Assembly (NCBI GenBank): GCA_963693055.1
Contig: OY843751.1
Coordinates: 4,192,001 to 4,256,000 of the forward strand
DNA length: 64,000 nt
Reading direction: 5' to 3'
From: a bacterium
Lineage (GTDB): Bacteria; Zhuqueibacterota; Zhuqueibacteria; Residuimicrobiales; Krinioviventaceae
How positions within the stretch are numbered: position 1 is the stretch's first letter; every line of letters begins with the position of its first letter. The position numbers and the translations under genes were made by a program. Positions 28,018-37,050 of the stretch are shown piece after piece. Under the pieces are notes generated by a model. It was not told the DNA's origin and ran no database searches. It was given only the letters and a program-made list of their open reading frames with translations.

Positions 28018-28144
28018 GAATATATCTTCGGGATATTTGTCCCGGATTACTGTATCCATCCGTTTGAATCTGTGGCTAAAAGCTGATGGCTTATAGCTGA
28101 CAGCTAACAGCTTTTCTTCTGATAACTGCCAACTGATTACTTTT
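28018..28144 (+). repeat. Composite repeat block homologous to 19317-19426, ending in a heptamer array
   Basis: GAATAT-N6-GGGATATTTGTCCCG, ATCCGTTTGA ATCTGTGGCT AAA, AGCTGAT/AGCTGAC/AGCTAAC heptamers, TCTGATA ACTGCCA ACTGATT ACT (28118-28141). Confidence 0.8.
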
Positions 28145-28154
28145 CCGTCTCCCG

Positions 28155-28928
28155 TCAATCCCTTTTTCCCTGCATCAACCGGGTGTACACACCATGCGGT
28201 AACAATTTTATAAATTTACCAAACATTGACATCCGGTACGGGAAATGGATCTCTAACTTGCCTTTTTCAAGACCGCGGATAATTCTGGCTGCTGCCTTGT
28301 CCGTATCCATCAAAAATGGCATTTGGAATGTGTTCCGGTCCGTGATCTCGGATTTCACAAATCCCGGTGAAATAATCACACATTTTACACCGGTCCTCCA
28401 GAGATCAATACGCAAACTCTCCATTAGATTGTACAGCGCCGCCTTGCTGGAACAATATGGCGCGGATTCCGGCATTCCCCGGTACGCGGCCAGACTCGTA
28501 ACGGCTGCAATGGTTCCGCGTTTACGCTCAATCATCCCCGGCAACAGATATTTCAGAAAATACAATGTATGAAAATAATTGACCTTGAATTCATGATGAA
28601 AATGGTCCAGATTGATATCGTTTACATTAAATCCAAAACTCATTCCAGCGTTCATTAAAAGCAGATCAATCTCGGTTCCCTCTTCCAATAAAGACTCGCA
28701 CACATGCTGCACGGCTTTTTCATCGCTAACATCACAAGGGAAAAACAAATGCTGATCCAGATTGGGCAAAGATTTTACCAGCTCCAGCAGCCGGTCTTCC
28801 CGACGTGCTACCAGGATTAAACGATTTCCTTTTTGCGCCAACTGAACTGCCAGTTCCCTGCCAATCCCGGATGACGCACCCGTGATCAGTATCGTCTTGT
28901 TCGATATAGTTTCGTTACTCAATTTCAA
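28155..28928 (-). CDS. Short-chain dehydrogenase/reductase (SDR)
   Basis: ITGASSGIG, NAG, YCSSK catalytic motif, PGFV; TTG start (28928 or 28922) overlaps the upstream stop. Confidence 0.9.
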   Translation of the reverse strand: MKLSNETISNKTILITGASSGIGRELAVQLAQKGNRLILVARREDRLLELVKSLPNLDQHLFFPCDVSDEKAVQHVCESLLEEGTEIDLLLMNAGMSFGFNVNDINLDHFHHEFKVNYFHTLYFLKYLLPGMIERKRGTIAAVTSLAAYRGMPESAPYCSSKAALYNLMESLRIDLWRTGVKCVIISPGFVKSEITDRNTFQMPFLMDTDKAAARIIRGLEKGKLEIHFPYRMSMFGKFIKLLPHGVYTRLMQGKRD

Positions 28929-29604
28929 AATCCTTTAATTTTAATGCTTCATAAACATAAGAATTTGATCCCTGACCCCATTCAAGAAATGAAATCCCAA
29001 ATTCTTTAACAAATTCAACATTGGTCACTTCATAGTACGGATAATAGTCAGTCCCTCTGATATAAAGTGTATCTGTTGTTATTTGGCTGAAATTTTCTAA
29101 TACGTAATTATTGATTGAAAGGTTCCAACTGGTTTCATATTGGATCTCATAAATCACTGTATCATATTTTACAATTTGAAACTGTTTTGAATCAGAATAA
29201 TTAAAATTCGTATCCGGTTCAATGGATGGATTATCAAAAAAGTAATGAATGGATATTCCGGCAACCTGTGCATCAACAGCATAATATTCCAGGGTATCAA
29301 TCAATGCAGAGTCAATAACAGTCCAATCCATTTCACCGTAAATATCCCATGATTCACTTGTAACTCCACTTTTAATTTCTTTCACATATTCATAGGTCCA
29401 AACATTACCGGTTTTTAGGGGCAGATATGCACTATTCAATCCCGTAATTGGTTCAGGTGCAGGTTCTTCCGGAACAGACACCGTATCAACATCGGTAACT
29501 GGTTCAGGTTCTGATACATTTGATAATGGAAATTTTTCACGTTCGCAAAACATAAAAAGGAGTGAGATATAAACAAAACATAATAGTAATATGATCTTTT
29601 TCAT
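28915..29604 (-). CDS. Hypothetical lipoprotein
   Basis: MKKIILL..LFMFC lipobox, Pro/Glu linker, YLPLKTGNVWTY motif; RBS GGGGA. Confidence 0.7.
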   Translation of the reverse strand: MKKIILLLCFVYISLLFMFCEREKFPLSNVSEPEPVTDVDTVSVPEEPAPEPITGLNSAYLPLKTGNVWTYEYVKEIKSGVTSESWDIYGEMDWTVIDSALIDTLEYYAVDAQVAGISIHYFFDNPSIEPDTNFNYSDSKQFQIVKYDTVIYEIQYETSWNLSINNYVLENFSQITTDTLYIRGTDYYPYYEVTNVEFVKEFGISFLEWGQGSNSYVYEALKLKDFEIE

Positions 29605-29639
29605 ATTTCCCCCTGGTGCAAGTATGGTACAATAATATA

Positions 29640-30257
29640 TTATCGAAGGTCTATCAATTCGTACTGGTCCAAATTGGAGATTTTAAAATCATCTGCGGTG
29701 AGTTTGGTATCCAAATCCACAGAATCAACTTTATAGGTGGTTTCGTTCTCATTTGCGTCAATCTGCAAAACCTTGTTGATCAGTTTGGAATCTTTATCTA
29801 CCCACAAATGCACCTGACGCACAAATTCATCCTGGCTTTTAGCAGTCAAATGTAAATGCACAATCCCCGATTTTTCTTCAACCCATTCAGCATTATAATC
29901 AGTAATATATTTCTCAATAAAGCTCTTTAAAAAAGGCTGATCTCCACCCTGCTTGGCATCATTCACAATCACCTGATTATTGGCATAACTTAGTGTATAC
30001 AAAGCCTTGCCATCATTAATGATCAGATTATCGGGATTCTCAAAACGAAATTTTTCACCATCCTGCACAAATATCTTGCCGGCAATGGTAATCTCTTCTT
30101 TTGTCAGCTTCCACAAAAATTTCTGAGTAAAATTTATGCTTAAATCCTTGTTAGATTTATAGGTCTTTTGCACATCTTTTAAAAGGTCATTGGCATCATC
30201 TTTGGCAAATGCCAGAGATACAAAACCAATCAATATCAATATTAAAATTTTCTTCAT
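29640..30257 (-). CDS. lolA: Outer-membrane lipoprotein carrier LolA
   Basis: Signal peptide MKKILIL..AFA; FTQ..GKIFVQ..KFRFE..LIINDGK..NNQVIV pattern; directly downstream of ftsK; start moved to ATG 30257. Confidence 0.8.
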   Translation of the reverse strand: MKKILILILIGFVSLAFAKDDANDLLKDVQKTYKSNKDLSINFTQKFLWKLTKEEITIAGKIFVQDGEKFRFENPDNLIINDGKALYTLSYANNQVIVNDAKQGGDQPFLKSFIEKYITDYNAEWVEEKSGIVHLHLTAKSQDEFVRQVHLWVDKDSKLINKVLQIDANENETTYKVDSVDLDTKLTADDFKISNLDQYELIDLR

Positions 30258-30270
30258 TCTCAAGGTTCCT

Positions 30271-32763
30271 CTATTCAAGATACTCATCATCATCGTCACT
30301 CATATTATCCACCGCGCCGTTTTCCATAGCTTCCAATTCTTCGGGCGAGATCAAAACTTCACGTGCTTTACTTCCTTCAAACGGACCTACTACACCTGCG
30401 TCTTCAAGTTCATCTATGATCCGTGCAGCACGTGAATACCCGACTTTGAGACGTCGTTGTATCAACGATACAGATCCCTGCTGGTGTCGCACAACTAACT
30501 TGAGCGCTTCATTAAACAAAGCGTCCCGATCTCCGCTTATTCCACCATAACTGGATGTTTCTTCAGCTTCCGTATAGAGAGGAAGCGGTTTTTTATCTAC
30601 CGGAGATTGGTGACGAATATGTTCAATAATACTCTCAATCTCGTTCAAGTTTATAAACGCACAATGGATACGAATTGTTTCAGGACTCGCAGGAGGTAAA
30701 TACAACATATCACCACGGCCCAATAATTTTTCCGCTCCGTTTGTATCCAGAATGGTCCGGGAATCAATCTTGGAAGCTACCTGAAACGCCATACGCGCCG
30801 GAAAGTTTGCCTTGATCACACCTGTAATTACATCAACAGAGGGACGTTGTGTAGCTAAAATCAAATGGATCCCCACAGCACGAGACATCTGGGCCAATCT
30901 AGCAATAGGCTCTTCAACCTCTTTGGAGGCTTGCGAGGTCATCATCAAATCCGCAAGCTCATCAACAACGACAACCATATAAGGCAATGTTTTGGTTTCT
31001 TCTTCACCTTCAGCCTGATATATGCCATCACGAATACGTTCATTATATTCTTCAATATTTCGAACACCCGCACCGGCCAACTTTTCGTAACGCCGCTCCA
31101 TCTCCTGTTCTACAGACTTGAAAACCTGTATAGCAGACTTGGCAGATGTAGCTACTTTTTCCTTCGATCCCTGCACATAGCTCAAATGGTGCCTGAACAA
31201 TTTGGCATAATTTGACAATTCCAATCGTTTCGGATCAATCAGCACAAACTGAACTTCTTCCGGTGTAGCTTTGTACAAAAAGCTCATAATGATGGTATTC
31301 AAACACACACTCTTGCCAGATCCGGTAGCACCCGCAACGAGCAAGTGCGGCATTTTAGCAAGATCGGCAATAAACGGTTTGCCTGATATCGTTTTACCCA
31401 CAGCTATAGTCAGCGGAGATTTGGCTTCCTGAAATTCCGGTGTCTCTACAATTTCCCTGAGGAATACAGTTGCAGGATTCATGTTCGGCAATTCCACACC
31501 CACTGCCGCCTTACCGGGCACAGGTGCAACAATACGGATTCGCTTTGCCCGCATGGTCATAGCAAGATCGTCTGCTAATGCGGTAATTCGCGAGACTTTA
31601 ACACCTGGGGCCGGTTCAAGTTCATATCGGGTAATCACAGGCCCGGGATGAATTTCCAATACAGTGGTTTTGATTCCAAAATCCGCCAGCTTGTCTTCAA
31701 GCATCCGTGCATTAGCCTGTAGCATATCTTCATCCACATAATCTTCCTGATCATCAGGATAAAACATCAAATCCATAGGTGGCTTTTCATAAGGTCTTCC
31801 GGGTGGTGGTGGCGGTTCTTCATCCAAATCAACTTCATCTTCTTCAGATATTTTCGCTTTATTGCCCAGTTCCAGATTCAACTGTTCTTTCAAAGCTCCA
31901 ATCTTTGCGGGATCAATAGGCGCTTTTTGCTGCTGCAACTCTTCGTCATATCCGGGATCCGATTCTCCATATTCGGGATCATAATCAATAACCGGCTTGG
32001 GTTCGGGTCGACCAAAGATTTTAGGTTTAACTGGTGTAGGCGGCTCTTCTTCCTCTTCTTCAACCTCGGGTTTTCTAACATTTTCACGCTGGTGCCGTAC
32101 CAATGCCGGACGCGGACGTTTTTGTTTCGCTGGTGTTTTGAAACTCTTTTTAAGGAAAATGCCTGCCTGAAAGAAAAATTTGGTTAAAAATGTACTGATT
32201 ATATTATACAATTCGGCAAAACTGAATGTGGTAGACAATAAAACCGTGACCATTATGATACCAATCAATACCACAACCGCACCAGACTTGCCAAAAATAA
32301 TAACAAGCAATTGTGCGCCCATTCCACCGAAACGCCCGGAAAACTCGAAAGCAGGTGAACTGCCAACCGAAGATATCACATCATGCAGGGCAAAACCAAT
32401 AGAGAGTAAAAATGCAAATAAAAAAGTCATTCCGGTCCATCTTGCCAACTCGTAAGGGCTTTTACCTATCAACCGGTTAATACCCCAGGCTATTACGAAA
32501 AATGGCAGTACCAGAACAGGGAATCCAATGGTCCAGTGGATTAAATAATAAGCCACATAGACTCCGGCAATTCCCAATCCATTTTTTATCAATCCCGGAT
32601 GTTCAATATTATTTGGTGCTTCTCCTGGTTCATAGGTAAAAAGTGCAATCAGCATCAGAATACCCATCAGGATCAGCAGCAAACCAATCAACTCTTCCTG
32701 TTTTCTGTCCGGCAATGAAGCTCCGGAATATTTTACAGTTTTTTTCTTTTTTGCGTTTCTCAT
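30271..32763 (-). CDS. ftsK: DNA translocase FtsK
   Basis: N-terminal TM helices, GPVITRYE, HLLVAGATGSGKS Walker A, DELADLM, ATQRPS, gamma domain IQRRLKVGYSRAAR. Confidence 0.97.
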   Translation of the reverse strand: MRNAKKKKTVKYSGASLPDRKQEELIGLLLILMGILMLIALFTYEPGEAPNNIEHPGLIKNGLGIAGVYVAYYLIHWTIGFPVLVLPFFVIAWGINRLIGKSPYELARWTGMTFLFAFLLSIGFALHDVISSVGSSPAFEFSGRFGGMGAQLLVIIFGKSGAVVVLIGIIMVTVLLSTTFSFAELYNIISTFLTKFFFQAGIFLKKSFKTPAKQKRPRPALVRHQRENVRKPEVEEEEEEPPTPVKPKIFGRPEPKPVIDYDPEYGESDPGYDEELQQQKAPIDPAKIGALKEQLNLELGNKAKISEEDEVDLDEEPPPPPGRPYEKPPMDLMFYPDDQEDYVDEDMLQANARMLEDKLADFGIKTTVLEIHPGPVITRYELEPAPGVKVSRITALADDLAMTMRAKRIRIVAPVPGKAAVGVELPNMNPATVFLREIVETPEFQEAKSPLTIAVGKTISGKPFIADLAKMPHLLVAGATGSGKSVCLNTIIMSFLYKATPEEVQFVLIDPKRLELSNYAKLFRHHLSYVQGSKEKVATSAKSAIQVFKSVEQEMERRYEKLAGAGVRNIEEYNERIRDGIYQAEGEEETKTLPYMVVVVDELADLMMTSQASKEVEEPIARLAQMSRAVGIHLILATQRPSVDVITGVIKANFPARMAFQVASKIDSRTILDTNGAEKLLGRGDMLYLPPASPETIRIHCAFINLNEIESIIEHIRHQSPVDKKPLPLYTEAEETSSYGGISGDRDALFNEALKLVVRHQQGSVSLIQRRLKVGYSRAARIIDELEDAGVVGPFEGSKAREVLISPEELEAMENGAVDNMSDDDDEYLE

Positions 32764-32767
32764 ATCC

Positions 32768-33499
32768 TCAGGGTGCTAATTTAACAACACGTTTATCAAA
32801 TACCATATTTAAATCGTAATAATCTTTTTGTGAACAAAAATGCAAATCCGTTTCAAATCCAATTTCTTGTAAATACCGCCCATGTTTACTTTGCAGCATC
32901 ATATTGAACATATCACACTCATACAGCTCTGCCTGTTTAATGAGAGATATGGTAAACTCATCCAAATGAAACTGTTCATCAATATTTACAATCTCCCGGG
33001 CCAGTAAACCGGCACATACCGTATCTTCCAAAGTGGATTCTCCATTCGTACCCGCGCATAAAATATTAACATTTTGCGCGTGTCCGGCAGCAGTTTTGGC
33101 GATTGTGCTCAAATTCAACAGAGATGCAATATAAATCCACTCTGCAGACAATGCATGCTGCATTGCTTTGGTACCGTTCGATGTTGTCCAGACCAGAGTT
33201 TTATCTTTAATAATGGAACGCTGGTATTCTAATGGAGAATTCCCAAAATCGAATCCTTCAATTTTCACACCATTGCGCTCCCCACACAATTTTACCGATT
33301 GTGGCAAAAGCTCTTCTCTGAGAACAAACGCGTCCTGAACGTCAACAACAGGATAAATCTCATTGCATCCATTGTTCAATGCCGTAGCCATGCTTGAAGT
33401 TGCACGCAGCACATCTATTACAATGGAAACCGATCCCGTTAATTCAGACGGTTTAGCATGTTCCGGTATTTCAAAGATCCGTATACTTGGTTTATGCAT
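32768..33499 (-). CDS. comB: 2-phosphosulfolactate phosphatase family protein
   Basis: VIDVLRATS, GERNG..GFDFGNSP, TTSNGT, EDTVCAG. Confidence 0.9.
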   Translation of the reverse strand: MHKPSIRIFEIPEHAKPSELTGSVSIVIDVLRATSSMATALNNGCNEIYPVVDVQDAFVLREELLPQSVKLCGERNGVKIEGFDFGNSPLEYQRSIIKDKTLVWTTSNGTKAMQHALSAEWIYIASLLNLSTIAKTAAGHAQNVNILCAGTNGESTLEDTVCAGLLAREIVNIDEQFHLDEFTISLIKQAELYECDMFNMMLQSKHGRYLQEIGFETDLHFCSQKDYYDLNMVFDKRVVKLAP

Positions 33500-33503
33500 C
33501 AAA

Positions 33504-34592
33504 TCATACAGTTGTTTTATAAAACGGCGGTTTTACCACAGTTGCGGGGACCGCCTTGTTACGAACCATAATATCAATTTCAGTTCCAAATTTGGTATGT
33601 GGTCTGTTAACGTATCCCATACCAATTCCTTTTTCAAGCATAGGTGAAAAAGTACCGCTGGTTACAGTACCTACCTCGGCACCGTCTTTTGTAATCGCAT
33701 ATCCATGACGAGGAAACGCCCGATCATTCAACTCGAAAGCAACCAGTCTGCGTGTAGGGCCTTCTTCCTGCATTTTCACAATTGCGTCACGACCAATAAA
33801 ATCACCCTTGTCTGCTTTGGTGATCCAGCCCAATCCTGCTTCAATAGGATTGGTAGTTTTATCAATATCATTGCCATACAGGCAATATTTCATTTCAAGT
33901 CTCAGTGTGTCTCTGGCACCCAGTCCCACAGGTTCAATATCAAAAGGTTTACCTGCTTCCATCAGTGCGTTCCAGATCTGTTCGGAATATTGTTTGGGGA
34001 AACAAAGCTCAAATCCCGCTTCACCGGTATAACCAGTGCGAGAGATCAGCATTTCCACACCATCCACCTTGCCTGGCAATGTCCAGTAATAAACAATATC
34101 GCCAACAGCCACATCGGTAAGCTTTTGCAATATTTCAATGGATTTTGGTCCCTGTAATGCCAGCAGCGATGTATCATCGCTTATATTCTCCAACTCTACA
34201 TCACCCAATTTATGTTCAACAGCCCAGTTCCAGTCTTTTTCAAGATTGGCGGCATTGACAATCATCATATAATGATCATCCATCTTGTAAACCAGCAAAT
34301 CATCAACAATGCCGCCATCATCATAACACATGGCAGAGTATTGTACCTGGTTTACCTGCAAGCTTGCAACATCGTTAATAGTAATACGTTGTAAAAATGC
34401 TTCTGCATCTTTACCGCGAACGAGAAATTCACCCATATGCGAAACATCAAACAACCCCGCCGTGGTACGAACACGTTTATGTTCATCAATAATACCCTTG
34501 TATTGTATAGGCATAGCATACCCGGCAAATTCTACAATTTTGGCACCTGCATCAACATGCACATCATAGAATCCGGTCTTTTTTATTTCCAC
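33504..34592 (-). CDS. gcvT: Glycine cleavage system aminomethyltransferase T
   Basis: FDVSHMGE, ALQGP, SRTGYTGEAGFE, GLGARDTLRLE; GTG start with AAGGAG. Confidence 0.97.
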   Translation of the reverse strand: MEIKKTGFYDVHVDAGAKIVEFAGYAMPIQYKGIIDEHKRVRTTAGLFDVSHMGEFLVRGKDAEAFLQRITINDVASLQVNQVQYSAMCYDDGGIVDDLLVYKMDDHYMMIVNAANLEKDWNWAVEHKLGDVELENISDDTSLLALQGPKSIEILQKLTDVAVGDIVYYWTLPGKVDGVEMLISRTGYTGEAGFELCFPKQYSEQIWNALMEAGKPFDIEPVGLGARDTLRLEMKYCLYGNDIDKTTNPIEAGLGWITKADKGDFIGRDAIVKMQEEGPTRRLVAFELNDRAFPRHGYAITKDGAEVGTVTSGTFSPMLEKGIGMGYVNRPHTKFGTEIDIMVRNKAVPATVVKPPFYKTTV

Positions 34593-34630
34593 GTCCGGCT
34601 CCTTTCAAGTTATAAGATAATGTAAAACAT

Positions 34631-34659
34631 AAAGTAATATTTATATAGGAGAGTGTCAA
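34631..34659 (-). promoter_or_regulatory. Putative sigma70 promoter of gcvT-comB-ftsK-lolA
   Basis: Minus strand TTGACA, 17-nt spacer, TACTTT. Confidence 0.65.
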
Positions 34660-34690
34660 GTTTATTTTAAATTTATGAAAAATGTGGAGA

Positions 34691-34723
34691 AAACAAAAAC
34701 CCGGCAGATAATCTGCCGGGTTT
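34691..34723 (-). terminator. Intrinsic terminator after rseP
   Basis: AAACCCGGCAGAT-A-ATCTGCCGGGTTT inverted repeat with a U tract on the minus strand. Confidence 0.8.
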
Positions 34724-34736
34724 CATATAAAAATTT

Positions 34737-35816
34737 TTACGGAATGAGACGAGATACGTCGTTAAAGATCACAAAAACCATTAGCGCAAGTAACAAAGCC
34801 AAACCAATCTGCTGTACAATCAGCTTGATATTAATAGACAAGGGTTTGCGCATAATTCCTTCAATCAAAATAAACACCAGATGTCCGCCATCCAAAACCG
34901 GTAAAGGCAGTAAATTCAGCAAACCCAGGTTAATGCTCAACATTGCCGCAAAACCCATCAAATAATTAAAACCAGCAGAAGCCTGTTCTCCTGTCATTTT
35001 GGCAATAGCAATGGGGCCGCCAATACTTTCTTTAAAAGGTACCTTACCGCTGAACAACATTCCAAAAGATTCACCAATCATGACCGTCATATTCCAGGTC
35101 ATTCTTGTACCGATCCAAAACGCTTCAAAAATACCAGGTTGCCGGATCTCGGTTACAGGACCAACACCTATCAAACCAATATCGTGAATGGGATCCAGAA
35201 TAGGTACAACCGTTCCGGACATGGTTTCGCCATCACGTTCCCACTCTATCGAAACTTCTTTTTCAGGTACATTATGAATAATAGCTACCAGGTCATCCCA
35301 TTCCTGGATTTCCTGTCCCTGAATAGCGGTAATGATATCACCTTCTTCCAAACCAATCTTTGCAGCCGGCATATCATTCATAACAGAGCCAATCACCGGA
35401 GTCATGGGTTCAACAGGCTCATTAATTCCATTAATTAACACACTACCCATAAAAATAAACATGGCTAATAAAAAGTTGAAAAACGGTCCTGCAAAAATTA
35501 CCAGCATTTTTGCCCACATGGGTTTCGACATAAACTCCCAGGGTTCGCCTTTAATGCTGTCTCTTTCCAGACTTTCATCAACCATTCCCGCCATTTTAAC
35601 ATATCCGCCAATGGGCAAGGCAGAAATACAATAATCGGTATCACCAATTTTTTTGCCAAACAAACGGGGAGGAAATCCAATAGAAAATCGTTCTACCCGA
35701 ATTCCAACCAGTTTTGCTAAAAGAAAATGTCCCAACTCGTGAACTACTATCAGCAGTCCCAACACAAAAATAAAAGGTATTAAATATGTTCCTGTAAAAT
35801 GCAAAACACTATCCAT
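34737..35816 (-). CDS. rseP: RIP metalloprotease RseP
   Basis: HELGH zinc motif, PDZ domain, NLLPLPVLDGGH. Confidence 0.95.
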   Translation of the reverse strand: MDSVLHFTGTYLIPFIFVLGLLIVVHELGHFLLAKLVGIRVERFSIGFPPRLFGKKIGDTDYCISALPIGGYVKMAGMVDESLERDSIKGEPWEFMSKPMWAKMLVIFAGPFFNFLLAMFIFMGSVLINGINEPVEPMTPVIGSVMNDMPAAKIGLEEGDIITAIQGQEIQEWDDLVAIIHNVPEKEVSIEWERDGETMSGTVVPILDPIHDIGLIGVGPVTEIRQPGIFEAFWIGTRMTWNMTVMIGESFGMLFSGKVPFKESIGGPIAIAKMTGEQASAGFNYLMGFAAMLSINLGLLNLLPLPVLDGGHLVFILIEGIMRKPLSINIKLIVQQIGLALLLALMVFVIFNDVSRLIP

Positions 35817-35886
35817 CACGTTCCCTTATTTATATCCAATAATTTGTCATATATTTGACGTATAAAACAGTCAAAAGGTTCATTTT

Positions 35887-37050
35887 TTATAAAAAATATT
35901 TATAAATGTCTGATCTGGCCAATAAATCCGCTTCTACCAGTGTATCCTTGTCCGGATTTTGTATAACCGAATGTTCATTCAAAGCACGCTCAATAGCTTC
36001 CGGAATTTGCATAAATCCAATATTTTTCTTTAGAAACAGATCAACCGCGGCTTCATTTGCCGCATTCATAACAGCAGGAGCCGTTCCTCCTGTTGCAATG
36101 GCCTCAAATGCAATTTTCAAAGCCCTGAATTTATCCAGATCCGGTACCTGAAATGTCAGATCAGTTATATCGCAAAAATCGAGCCGTTCAAAATCAGATT
36201 CTATCCGATCAGGGTATGTCAATGCCAACTGGATAGGTACCTTCATATCCGGCACACCCATTTGCGCTTTTATCGATCCATCACAAAACGCTACCATAGA
36301 ATGGATAATCGATTGCGGATGAATAACCACCTGGATCTTTTCAACCGGCATTCCAAACAACCAGCGCGCCTCTATCACTTCCAATCCCTTGTTCATCATG
36401 GTTGCGGAATCAATGGTGATTTTGGCGCCCATATCCCAATTGGGATGTTTTAAAGCCTGCTCAACCGTAACCTGATTCATCTCATCAAGGGTAAAATTGC
36501 GGAACGGTCCACCCGACGCAGTCAGAATGATTTTCTCCACACTATCCATAGACTCGCCCATCAGACACTGAAAGATAGCACTGTGTTCGCTGTCAATGGG
36601 ATATATAGAACAACCGTTTTGAGATGCCGATTCCATAACCAGCTCGCCGCCAATAACCAGAGTTTCCTTGTTTGCAAGGGCTATATTTTTTTTACGTTCA
36701 AGAGCTGTCAGGGTAGGTAAAAAACCCGCACTGCCTACGATTGAATTCACCAGCAAGTCATACTCTGATTCCTGAACAATGCGTTGCAAACAATCTGGCC
36801 CGGTAAACAATCTTACACCCAGCTCGGCAAAGGCGGCATGCTGCTCTAGTGTAGGCTCCACTCCGGATACGGCTACAAATTCAGGTTTGAATGCTTTCAC
36901 CATATCGATTAAAAATTCAACATTACTGTGAACACTCAACGCAGAAATCGAAAACCGATCAGAATTTTGCCGCACAATTTTCAAACAATTCTGCCCAATA
37001 GAGCCGCTGCACCCCAGCAGGGTTAATGCTTTTTTGTTTATTTCACTCAT
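35887..37050 (-). CDS. dxr: 1-deoxy-D-xylulose-5-phosphate reductoisomerase
   Basis: LGCSGSIG, ALANKE, PIDSEHSAIFQ, TASGGPFR, HPNWDMGAKITIDSATMMNKGLEVIEA. Confidence 0.97.
   Translation of the reverse strand: MSEINKKALTLLGCSGSIGQNCLKIVRQNSDRFSISALSVHSNVEFLIDMVKAFKPEFVAVSGVEPTLEQHAAFAELGVRLFTGPDCLQRIVQESEYDLLVNSIVGSAGFLPTLTALERKKNIALANKETLVIGGELVMESASQNGCSIYPIDSEHSAIFQCLMGESMDSVEKIILTASGGPFRNFTLDEMNQVTVEQALKHPNWDMGAKITIDSATMMNKGLEVIEARWLFGMPVEKIQVVIHPQSIIHSMVAFCDGSIKAQMGVPDMKVPIQLALTYPDRIESDFERLDFCDITDLTFQVPDLDKFRALKIAFEAIATGGTAPAVMNAANEAAVDLFLKKNIGFMQIPEAIERALNEHSVIQNPDKDTLVEADLLARSDIYKYFL

Noticed and set aside
27973-28158. 61-aa ORF on -
   Set aside because: Translation of heptamer and decamer repeats (VISWQLSE, AVSYKPSA).
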